Of a stretch of 64,000 nucleotides of DNA, positions 38,101 through 50,800 are shown one piece after another. How positions within the stretch are numbered: position 1 is the first letter of the stretch; each line of letters begins with the position of its first letter. The notes beneath the pieces are model-generated. The model was not told where the DNA came from, ran no database searches, and saw only the letters and a list, made by a program, of their open reading frames with translations. The position numbers and the translations under genes were made by a program. Where the stretch lies: assembly GCA_964247055.1 (NCBI GenBank), contig OZ176055.1:8990001-9054000 (forward strand), read 5' to 3'. The stretch comes from Paragordius varius. Taxonomy: Eukaryota > Animalia > Nematomorpha.

Positions 38101-41100
38101 AATATATCTTTATATTAGAAATTATTAATTCTTCTGTACATGTTTTTAAATTCAAACACATTAGGTACATTTCGATATTGTAGGCACATAATAAAAATAA
38201 ATAAATAATTTGTAAGAGATGAGTTTGAAATGAATATTATATTATATCATTTACAATTCAAATTCCCCCTTGTACAACAATTCAAATTCACCTAAGTTTT
38301 AGAGTTTATATAACTCAACATTGATGCAAAAATTATTTCTTTATATTAGAAATTATTATTCTCTTCTATACATGTTTTTAATAAAAACAGGTAAATTATT
38401 ATGATTGATGTTCAAGAGGTGAAAATGTGTAGGTATTATATCATTTACAATTCAAATTTTGCCCTTGAACAACGATTCAAATTCACCTGTGTTTTAGAGT
38501 TTATATAACTCAACATTGATGTCTTTATATATTAGAAATTATTATTTCTCTTATGTACATGTTTTGAATTAATAAAAATAGATAAATTATTCGTAGGAGA
38601 TGATTTTGAAACAGATGATTGATGTTCAAGGGGTGAATTTGAGGTGTAAATATTGTATTATTGGTTTGGCCCAGTTATTGGGATTCCATGGATTAATTTA
38701 CGATATATATACCATTTACAATTCAATTTCACCCTTAACAATCCAAATTCACCCTTGAACAATTCAAATTCACCCATGAACAATTCAAATTCACCCTCGA
38801 ACAATTTAAATTCACCCTCGAACAATTCAAATTCACCCTTGAACAATTTAAATTCACCCTCAAATAAAATATATGTTTTTTAAGATTAAAAATTACCTAT
38901 ATTTTATATATTTTTAAAAAATAAAAATTCTATTTTAAATTTAAATAATACTGAAAAAATAATAAACTATACCATAAACATATATTTTATATTAATAATG
39001 AATTATATTAGTTCGAAAACACATAATTTATTTTTAGGGTGAATTTGAATTGTTCGAGGGCGAATTTGAATTGTTCAAGGGTGAATTTGAATTGTTCAAA
39101 GGTGAATTTAAATTGTTCGAGGGCGAATTTGAATTGTTCAAAGGTGAATTTGAATTGTTCGAGGGCGAATTTGAATGGTTCGAGGGTGAATTTGAATTGT
39201 TCAAAGGTGAATTCGAATTGTTCAAGGGCGAATTTGAATTCAAGGGTGAATTTGAATTGTTCAAGGAGGGCGAATTTAAATTGTTCAAGGGTGAATTTGA
39301 ACGGTAAATGGTATATCTCTATCATTTGTGACGTTTCGAGGTATATTCAGAAGAAATTTAAAATCTTGTTTTATGATTTATTTGAGTTCAAGTTGTTGGT
39401 ATATATATATATAATTGTAAAATTATGAAAAAATTACCCCATTACTGGCTATGCAAGTGGCATTAGAGTTTGGGCATTGACAAGCATCCCCTATCCAACC
39501 CTGGGCACAATTGCACGTTCCGCATTCACAGGTACCTCGACCTGGCCCTCCGCATACTTTGCCCTCATAACGATCACATGAAAAATTATCACATTCACAA
39601 AACTGACCACTAACAATTTCCAACGCATTTTCTCTACACAAGAATGAATTATATATTTTAAACGTTTATAGGAGAGGAAAATGAAAAAACTAAAAAATGT
39701 TTAAATTGAAACCAAAAAATTATGACATAACGCATTCTACACAAGCCGGAATGAGAAATAAGTATTTAAAAGGTAGATAGGAGAGGAAACTTATTATTAC
39801 ACCAGTCAAAAATGTTTAAATTGAAATCAACAAATTATGACATTCACAAAACTGACCGCTAACGATTTCAAGGCATTTTCTCTACACAAGCCGGAATAAT
39901 TTATAAATAAATATATAACTAGATAGTTTAAATTGAAACCCAAAAATTATAACCTTCAAAAAGCTGACCACTAACGATTTCCAAAGCATTTTCTCTACAC
40001 AAACAGCAGGAATGAGTTAAAAATTAGATAGGAGAGGAAATTTATTATTACACCAGTAAAAAAAATGTTTAAATTGAAAAAAAGATATGACATAAGGCAT
40101 TCTACACAAGCCGGAATAATTTATAAAAATTTAAAAAGTAGATATACGAGAGGAAACTGAAAAAAACCATCAAAAAAGAAACTTATTATTACACCTGTAA
40201 AAAACTGTTTAAATTGAAACCAAAAAAACTATGACATTCACAAAACTGACCACTAACAATTTCTAATGCATTTTCTCTATAACAGCAGGAATGAGTTACA
40301 TAAATATTTAAAAGGTAGATAGGAGAGGAAACCTATTATTACATACCAGTAAAAAATGTTTAAATTGAAACCAAAAAATTATGACATTCATAAAACTGAC
40401 CACTAACAATTTCCAACGCATTTTCTCTACACAGGAATAAATTATATTATTTAATAGATAGAGAGGAAACTTATTATTACATCAGTAAAAATGTTTAAAT
40501 TGAAATCAAAAAAATTATGACTTCAAAAAACTGACCACTAACGATTTCCAAAGCATTTTCTCTACACAAGCCGGAATGAGTTATAAATATTTAATAGATA
40601 GGAGAGGAAACTTATTATTACACCAGTTAAAATGTTTAAATTGAAACCAAAATTATGACATCCACAAAACTGACCACTAACAATTTCCAACGCATTTTCT
40701 TTCACAGGAAAATGTATTGTCATTAGATATTAAAATTAAAATCATGGATAAAATATAAAGACAATTATTATTTTGTAAAGACAACCATACTTTTTTAACC
40801 TTAATTTTTTGAATATACCTCTCATTATTTAAAAGTATGAAATATAGATAAAACACAATCAAGTATATATATTTTACTATTGTAATTAAATAATTTAAAT
40901 CTAAGAAAAATTAAGGTTTAAAAAAGTATGATTGCATTTTAAAACAATATTTTTCGTTATAGTTTTAATTTTTCTGTCTGTACAAATTTTTACACTATAT
41001 AGCCAAAACTAAAATTTGTTATAAAGTACAACCATACTTTTTTAACCTTGATTTTTTTAAAATATAAATCCATAGTTTTGAGTCGCTAAAAAAGGGATAG

Positions 41101-44100
41101 ATATGTAAATTGGTTTAACACACTCAATTATATATACAACACAATCGAATAATTCAAGTTAAATAAAAAAATCAAGGTGTAAAAAAGTATGGTTGTCTAT
41201 GTATACCATTTACAGTTCAAATTCACCCTTGAACAATTCACCCTCGAATTCACCCTGAAAATAAATTATGTGTTTTAAAGATTAAAATTTACTCTATATT
41301 TTTTTTATTTTTGAATATTGAAATTTTGTCTAAAATTAATATAGTACTGAAAAACTAATAAGCTATGCCATAAAAATATATTAAGTATGAAGGATGAGTT
41401 ATATTAGCCCGAAAACACATAAATTATTTTTAGGTGAATTTGAATTGTTCGAGGGTGAATTCGAATTGTTCGAGGGTGAATTTAAACTGTTCAAGGGTGA
41501 ATTTGAATTGTAAATGGTATATGTCAAAAATATTTGTCTTAACTTTTTACTGTCCTTATAACTTTTACCTTTTTTATATCTATCGATTAGTAAAAATCCT
41601 TGTTTTCGCAATAATTTAGATGAAAAATCAACTAATAAATTGGATTTTATATATAAAAAAATCCGAGAATTATATAATTCATATGTATGCATACCTAGGC
41701 CAACATTCACATATACCACATATACAATCCCCTCGACCAGAACAAACTATATCTTTGGTGATGAAGGGTTCATTATTTATATTACTGTTACTGATACTAA
41801 AATCATCATTAAAATTGGTATAATCTAATGGAGTTTTTGTTTTGGTTGTATTAATATTGGCATAAATGCTTGAAACTTTGCCTCGTATACAATAATCTGT
41901 CATAGTTAGGGTTTGTGGCTGTTTAGCTGGTGAAAAACCTTAAAATTTTGTTTAGAATAAAAAATTTTGAACACTACCCTTGAAATATTAAATAATTTTA
42001 TTATGATAGAAAACTAAGATGAGTAAATATAAATTAAAATTCCGTGACCAAATTGATAAAGACTGGGTATCTAGAAAAGGCGGTATTATATTAAGAAAAA
42101 AGCTTGATTTCCAAACCAAACTATATTTGTCATAAAACCTTTTTTATATGAATATTTTACGTTAACCCTAGGATTTAACCCATAAAATAGGAGCCATAAT
42201 ATCCAATTATTTAAACATTTTCATCAATTCAAACATAATTCCCTCCATCTATTAAATTAAATTTTAATACAATAAAACTATGTTTAGCAGAAAAACTCAC
42301 TATTTTTGGATTAAATACTTTGGCTATTTAGAGCTTTTTATTAAAAAAACCTGATAATTAGTATTCTGGCTAATGAGCGAATCAAAAAAAGAAAAATCTA
42401 ATCATAAGTAGCTTATCTAATTAATTTTGGCAAAAATGGTTTATGAAAAAAAATTATAGATTTTTTGCTATTTATAGTTTTAGTTAAGTTATTAAAAATT
42501 TATAAGAATTACCTTGTTTAATTATGTTTGTTTGAAAAAGATACTCAATAATAGATAACGGCTAGGGAAAGATTAAAAGGAAGTATCAATTAATACACTC
42601 AGATAAATTTTTTTAGATCCCTAATTAGATAAGTGTCTTAATTTACTAAGTTAAAAAAGAAACTCAATAATACCCTGCTCTATAATCAATAGGAATCATA
42701 TACATTATCTATTTAAATTTAAAACTACATTTGAAACGCAAAAATTGCTATTGATGATTAAACAGAAAAAAATCCAATAAAATTATTAGCCTGTGGCTAT
42801 TATTTTTAGTTACAGAAAAAATAATAATTACGAAAACTCAATAATAATACCCTGCTCTCTAAAATCAATAGAACCCAAATTTAAAAATACATTTTAAACA
42901 CAAAAATGCTATTGATTTTAGTTATAAACGCAGAAAAAAAATCTAATAAAATTATTACCCTATGGCTATATATTCTTTGAGTTATGAGAAAAAAACAATA
43001 ATTACGAAAACTCAATAATAATACCCTGCTCTAAAATCAATAGGAACCCAAATTTAAAACTACACTTGGAACGCAAAAAAATGTTATTGATTTTAGTTAT
43101 AAACGCAGAAAAAAAATCTAATAAAATTATTAGCCTGTAGCTATTATATTTTGAATTATAGAAAAAAACAATAACTACGAAAACTCAATAATACCCTGCT
43201 CTAAAATCAATAGAACCCAAAAACTACATTTAAAACGCAAATTCGCTATTGATTTTAGTTATAAACGCAAAAAAATCTAATAATATTATGGCTATTTTGA
43301 GTTATAGAAAAAACGATAATTAAGTACCCTGTTCCTCTAAAGCGGTTGGTATCATATGAGTTGCAGACATTGAATTACATTCACAATTTCGTCCAAATCG
43401 TGATTCATGACATTTACAGGTCCCACACTCAAACGTACCATGACCGCCTGAACATTTCGGGCTATTTATTTCCTAACGACACCAAAATACTTATAAAATT
43501 TTAAAAAAATTGTTTTAATTCAAAAGAAAGAGCTATATAAAATTCTTAAAAAAATTTTTTCATTTCAAAAGAATCAAAAAGACCAAATATAAAAATGCAC
43601 AATATTTTAGATATGGAATATAAAAAAATTAATTGTATGCCCCCCCCCTCTCCCTACAAATTTTAAAAGGGTAAAATAGTGCTAACATTTTGGATATGCT
43701 AATTTTGTTGTAAATTTAATGTTACATCAACTATTATGTTTGGTATATACCATTTACAATAAAGTCACCCTCGAACAATTAAATCACCCTTGAACAATTC
43801 CAATTAAATGTGTTTTCGGGATAATATAAATATCATTAATATGAAATATATTTTTAAGACATAGTTTATTATTTTTTCTATTAATTTTAAACAGAATTTC
43901 ATATTTTAAAAATTCTATAAAATAAATGTAATTTTAAATCTTAACACATAATTTATTTTAGGGTGAATATGAATTGTTCGAGAGTGATTTTGAATTGTTC
44001 AAGGGTGAATTTGAACTGTAAATGGTATATTAAATTATAGATTTTAAAAACTTTCAACGCCTATTCTTTAAAATTTACTCTTTCAATTTCATTGAATTTA

Positions 44101-44821
44101 GGCAAAACAAATCCAAAAAAATTTAATATATATATATATATATATATTAATTTGTAAAATCAAAAAAAATATATAAATTACAGCATGAGGCGGATAAGCA
44201 CAATCACATTCACAAATACTTTCCACATTAATGGTTAATTGTTCAGAAATTCCGATAGGATTTATACGGATTTCAGTTTCTCGCCTTCCAGTTACACAGG
44301 AATCCAGTGTTAATGTTACATCAAACGTAACCTAAAGAATACGGGCAAATTGGTTTCATGATTGAAATTTTTGAATAAAATTATTTTTTTCTTTTTGAGA
44401 AAAAAAAGTTTGAAATTTTTTTTAGCTTGTCAACAAAGTATCTATTGCCTTCAAAGGGTGTCATTTGAAAGGACTATTTTAGCCTCTTTTGTAATGAATA
44501 TTTTTTGCACAGAGAAGTTTTACTTTTAAAACGAACAAAACAAGATATATATTTGAAAAATATAATTTTTTAAAAAAAGATTTTTTACTACATTTCTTAT
44601 TTTAACAAAAAGAGGTTAAAATTTTACAAAAAAATTACCGTATCTCCGACTTTAAGACCATCGCAAACTTTAGTTTTTTTGAGTTTCCCGTCCAAACAAG
44701 TCGATTCATAAGTTAGAGTCATATTGGGTAATGCATTATCTTTCAACTCCACTTTCGAGGTGATTTTCTACCGAAATCAAATAAGATTAAGGAAGAAATT
44801 AAAATAAGGACTTATAAAATA

Positions 44822-44855
<34 letters not shown>

Positions 44856-47800
44856 TGGTGTACGTTTTGCTTTTTTATGATAAACTTTATTAATTAAAAA
44901 CATTCAGTTTGAAAATAGTTTATAAAATTCAAATATTTAGGAAGGATAAAAAATTTGTTTGCATCTAGTAGAAATCTATATTATGTGGCTTATAAAAGCG
45001 TTTATTTACGCCAATAAAAAGATCTTTTAAGCCAATAAAATGGCTATTTACTATTTAATTTTTAAACAAGGACACCACATTCAATAAATAAGTTGAGTGG
45101 ACGCTCGTTATAAAGATCCTGATTAGAAGAAATAAAAAAATTTTATGAAAAATTAAATTTTAATTAAAATCAAATTAAGGTCAAATTAAAATTAATATTT
45201 AAATTTATTAATTAATATATAATAATTATAATAATGAATTACAGATTTATAAAAAAATTATCATAAATAACTAAACATATTTAAATTATTTTTGTCCTAA
45301 TATGAGGATTTCGTGATACCCACAAAGTAGGAAATTTATAAGAAAGTATAACAATTTTAAACGTTTTTATCTTGAAATCTAGGCGCCTTATTTTAATCGG
45401 AAAAGTTTATAATGATTAACAAGTTATTAATTTACGTAAAAAATTAAATTATACAGGCAATTAAAAACTAAAATAAAAATATTTTTTTGAAAAAAAAACA
45501 AACCATATTGAGTGTATTAAATTTTCACAATTTCTTTTCTTACAACATAAACCGATGGTTTACTTTAGATAAAAAAAATCAAAATTCTCATAATATAGTT
45601 GTCTTTTGTAAAAATATTGTCATTAAGTTTTAAGCTTTTTCTTTATAATTACAAATTCTACTGTAAAAACTCAATTAGTTCCTTAATAAAAACTATAAAA
45701 TATCAATGATATGTATACCATTTACAATTCAAATTCACCCTTAAACAATTCAAATTCACCCTCGAACAATTCAAATTCACCCTCAAATAAAATATAAATT
45801 TTTTAAGATTAAAAAACACCTACCTATATTTTATATATTTTTTTAAAAATAAAAATTTTGTTTTAAATTAAAATAATACTGAAAAAATAATAAACTATAT
45901 TATATACATATATTTCATATAAATAATGAGTTATATTAGTTCAAAAACACGTAATTTATTTTTAGGGTGAATTTGAATTGTTCGAGGGTGAATTTGAACT
46001 GTAAATGGTATATATATATATATACATTATAATTTTCTTTAACCAACTCCACAATGTTGGAGGAATCATTGGCTAATTGTCCAACGGTGGAACCTTCTAG
46101 AATTTCACTAAATTTCTGATATATAGATAGCTGTTCCCCCGTAATGGCAAATATTACATTGACAGATTTCTCACGCACTTTTTGAATGATTTGACTAACG
46201 GATGGATAATCCTGTGTGTCAAATATAATAAATTTAAAAATACTTAAATCAAGGGAAAATAACGATAAAATACATACTATTAACTCATTTTTGATAGAAA
46301 AAGAATAATTAATATAGGATCATGAAAAATTATTTCCTGAGTTTTTAATACCCAATAACTTTATTCGTTTTATACTTTATCATAAAACACCAACTATTAG
46401 TTATAAATGTAGGTATACCATTTACAATTCAAAAATTACCCTTAAACATTCAAATTCACCCTTGAACAATACAAATCCACCCTTGAACAATTCAAACCCA
46501 CCCTCGAACAATTTAAATTCACCCTAATATAAATTATGTGTTTTAAGGTTAAAAATTACCTCTATTTTATAATATTTTTGAAATATGAAATTCTGTTTAT
46601 AATTAATATAATGCTGAAATAATAAACTATGTCGTAAAAATATATTTCATATTAATGATCAGTTATATTATCCCAAAAACATTTAATTTATTTTTAGGGT
46701 GAATTTTAATTGTTTGAGGGTAAATATGAATCGTAAATGGTAAATTAAAAAAAGTTTAAGTGTGTGTCGTTTAAAGTTGTAAAAATAAAAAAATGTTAAA
46801 TATTAATAAAAACAACTGTCTGTCCTTATAAAAAAACATTAAGGTCTCTCTTAAACTGTATTCTTTAATGGATAATCATCGCTTGAAAAAAAATAGATAA
46901 AATCACACATAGAGAATATTAATGAAAAAGTGTTAAAAACCAACCAGTATATTTCCATGCGTATAGTATCCCTTATTATCCAGATGACATTGTCCATCAT
47001 TGGGTATAACTATACCCCCCAATTTGCCATCCCCCGCAAAGTGAAAGCTGGCATCACTGCTATATATGAGCAGGTGACGGGCATGAGGTCTCCAACCAAT
47101 TTGTTCTCGACATGCAATTACCTTTATTTACACGGAAAGATATTCATTAAAGTCATGTATGTTTAGAGTATATACGTTTTTAATTGATTTTACTTTGTTT
47201 TTAATTGTTTACAATCAATAAGCTATTATTATTTTAATGCTTAAAAATGCGCATGTTGAAAGTTGACATATCAAACATTAAAACAGTTAAAAACAATTAT
47301 AAACATTTAAAAACGAATTTCTGTCAATTCTACATATACATGACTGAAAATGGTAAAAAAAATTGTAAGTAACAAAATAGTAGGTTTAAAACATTATTAA
47401 TATATATATTAACCAGTATTACGTTCATAACCACAGTCATTATATCTGAAATACAGGTGTCCAACACGGATATTTTCGCGGCCAACTTAGATATTTATGC
47501 CTTTTTTTTACTATTTACTTTAAGCTCAATTCGAATGATACTTCTTACTAATAATCGTAAATTTTTAAATGGAATTTACAATTTTATATTTTTGACATTT
47601 TTTACAGTACTTTTGCATACTGAAAAAAGCATGTTGGACACCCTTGATCTGAAATGCCATAAAAGAATAATACGATAACCAATTAAACAAACTTCAAACG
47701 ATTATATAAAGATTAATCATAAATACGTAAAATTCTTTATTTTAATCACAAATATATCATTCCAATTATGAAATGCCTGCGTTAATTTACACCTCTATTC

Positions 47801-50800
47801 CTTATTTAACCAAAGCAATCGATTGTATAAAAAATCCAAGTTTAACAAGGAATCCATAGTTGGTGAATATTAATTGAAAATAAAAATTTCAGGTGAAAAA
47901 TTTATTAAATGATAAAAAAAAATATGTAAATATTGCGTAATAAATGAATCGACATTCTTATCAATATAATAAGCTTGTTCTTGGAAATGTTTACCCACAA
48001 AATGATTGGTAGAACAAATTAAAGCACCTCTAATAGTTAATTATTAAATTATAAATAAATAAACGTATCCATTTACATATTATCTATCCCAAGATAACAA
48101 TTTAAAATGAAGGTTTTTGTTAAAAAAATCCATGGCCAAAAAAAATAGCGGTGATATTAATAAATGATTACGAAAAAAAAAAGGTAATAAAAACACCATA
48201 TAAAACCCTTGATGAATGATTTCAGTTGTATATACTTAGACATTTAACATATTTTTTAACCATGTGCGGCTAATCCTTTTTTTTCATTTGGATATTCATT
48301 TGTTGTTTTTTTCGTGATAATCAATCAATCTCTTACTGTATTATTAAAAATGAATGAAAAAAAAAATATATTTTCTTAAAATGACACATCACCTTTATAA
48401 AAAAATTGTATTGAATACTAAGATTATTAACAATCATATATCTATTAACCAATTTAATCTCCAGTTCGGGTTTATCAAAGAAACAGTAGGCACCATTTAG
48501 GAAAAAATATTGGAAAAATTCCTTGGCACTGTTTAAAATTATATGTAAAAATTGGAGGAAAAAAAAGTTATTCAAAAAAGATGATATATTTTTTGAACCG
48601 GTTTCCAGTTATTTCAAATAAAATCTTTGGCACTATCTTAGCACAAATTTTTAGGTCCGACAATAAAAGTCATTATATAAATTCTGAGCCATCGTTTAAG
48701 TTTAAAATAATAAAGAGAAAAAGATATTTAACACAACTTATATGTTTTTGGAACCTGGAGCAGCTGTGTTCCAATTCCCATAAAAAACGAACTAAATCGA
48801 GTTCTTTCTATGAAAAATTTCGGCACTAATTAAACTCCATTTTCCGGCTACAAATAAATGTGCTTCCGCTTTCAAAAAAACCGATCTTCTTAAACCGATA
48901 AAACCCCACTTCCGCTCCCAAAAAAATAGTTTCGGGGCGGTCCCAGTTATTTCAAATAAACCATTTTTTCCGGTCAAGTTAACAGTAAAAAAATAAAATT
49001 CTTTCGTAAAATATCAATATTTAATAACCTACCTGCATAATAGCATCAAGTCCCCCCTCAGGGGCATCCAAATTCCCTGAAACCGGCGTGGATTTAATTT
49101 CATGGGCAAAACGAGAAACATCGCTCGTTAAGCCGAGATGATTGCGAAAACTATAGGGGGCGGCACACCGTTCACATGGGCGAACCAATTTCTCAGGCAC
49201 AACACTCACGTAAGGCATAACGACTTTATCTACGAAGGAACCAAATCCCACCTTAAAATTTGATGTTATGTTTCGCATACTAGTAGCTAGATGGATGAAT
49301 TTAGGTTAAAAAATATGTATAAATGTGTATGGGTTTTTTTTCATAATTACAGATACAAATATTATAATTAATTATAAAGTTTTTATTCCAAAATGAATAA
49401 ATATATGTTTAGGAGAGAGAGTTTTTTTTTACAAGAATTTTTAATTTTTTTAATAGCAAATTTCTTACATTACGCATACTAATTCCTAATTCGCATACTA
49501 GTAGCTAGATGAATGAATTTAGGTAAAAAATTATATGTATAAATGTGTAAGTTTTTTTTGCATAAGAATTATTGTAGTTTTTGTAAACCAAAGTTATAAT
49601 GTAAAGTTTTGTTTTGTAAGTCGTATACTCGTGCTAGAGAATTGAAAAAATGAATTAAGGCAAGCAAAATAATGGTAATTAAGAATAAAAAGTGTTTTAT
49701 ATACCATTTCACCCTCGAACAATCCAAATTCACCCTTCTAAAAATAAATTATGTGTTTTCTAACTAATATAACTCATTATTAATATGAAATATATGTTTA
49801 TGGTATATTTTATTATTTTTTCAGTATTATTCTAATTTAAAACAAAATTTTTATTAAAATATATAAAATATAGGTATTTTTTATTCTTAAAACACATATA
49901 TTTTGTTTGAGGGTGAATTTGAATTGTTCAAGGGTGAATTTGAATTGTAAATGGTATATTATAATTAATTATAAAGTTTTTTATTCGCTTAGAGGTAACT
50001 ATTCCAAAATGAATAAATATAGGTTTAAGAGAGAGAGTTTTTTTATAAGAATTTTTAATTTTTTTAATAACAAATTTCTTACATTACGCATACTAGTCCC
50101 TAATTCGCATACTAGTAGCTAGATGAAATAATTTAGGTAAAGAATGTTTTAAAAGAAGTTTTTTTTCCATAATTACAAATACAAATATTATAATTAATTA
50201 TATAAAGTTTTTTATTCGCTTAAAAGTAACTATTCCAAAATGAATAAATATATGTTTAGAAGAGAGAGTTTTTTTATAAGAATTTTTAATTTTTTTAATA
50301 GCAAATTTCTTACATAACGCATACTAGTCCCTAATTCGCATACTAGTAGCTAAATGGATGAATTTAGGTAAAAAATTATAGTGTAAGAGTTTTTTTCATA
50401 AGAACTACGGTAGTTTTTTGTAAACCAAAGTTATAATGTAAAGTTTTTGTTTTGTAAGTCGTATTCTCGTGCTAAAGAATTGATAAAAAAATGAATTAAG
50501 GTAAGCAAAATAATGGTAATCAAGAATAACAAGTGTTTTATATACCATTTACAGTTTAAATTCACCCTTGAACAATTCAAATTCACCCTTCTAAAAATAA
50601 ATTATGTGTTTTCGAACTAATATAACTCATTATTAATATGAAATATATGTTTATGGTATATTTTACTATTTTTTCAGTATTATTCTAATTTAAAACAAAA
50701 TTTTTATTTTTAAAAAATATAAAATATAGGTATTTTTAAAACACATATATTTTGTTTGAGAGTGAATTTGAATTGTTTAAGGGTGAATTTGAATTGTAAA

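Noticed and set aside
38653-39428. ORFs with (NNSNSPL)n, (FEGEFEL)n, (EQFKFTL)n and (NLNCSRV)n repeats, also at 41399-41719 and 49907-50122
   Set aside because: They are stop-free readings of the 21-bp MITE subterminal repeat in several frames and on both strands; they lie within TA-flanked TIRs and have no splice signals.
35713-43340. Repeat-spacer appearance suggestive of CRISPR arrays
   Set aside because: The context is eukaryotic introns, the intervening sequence is itself repeated rather than unique, the units are degenerate, and there are no cas genes.
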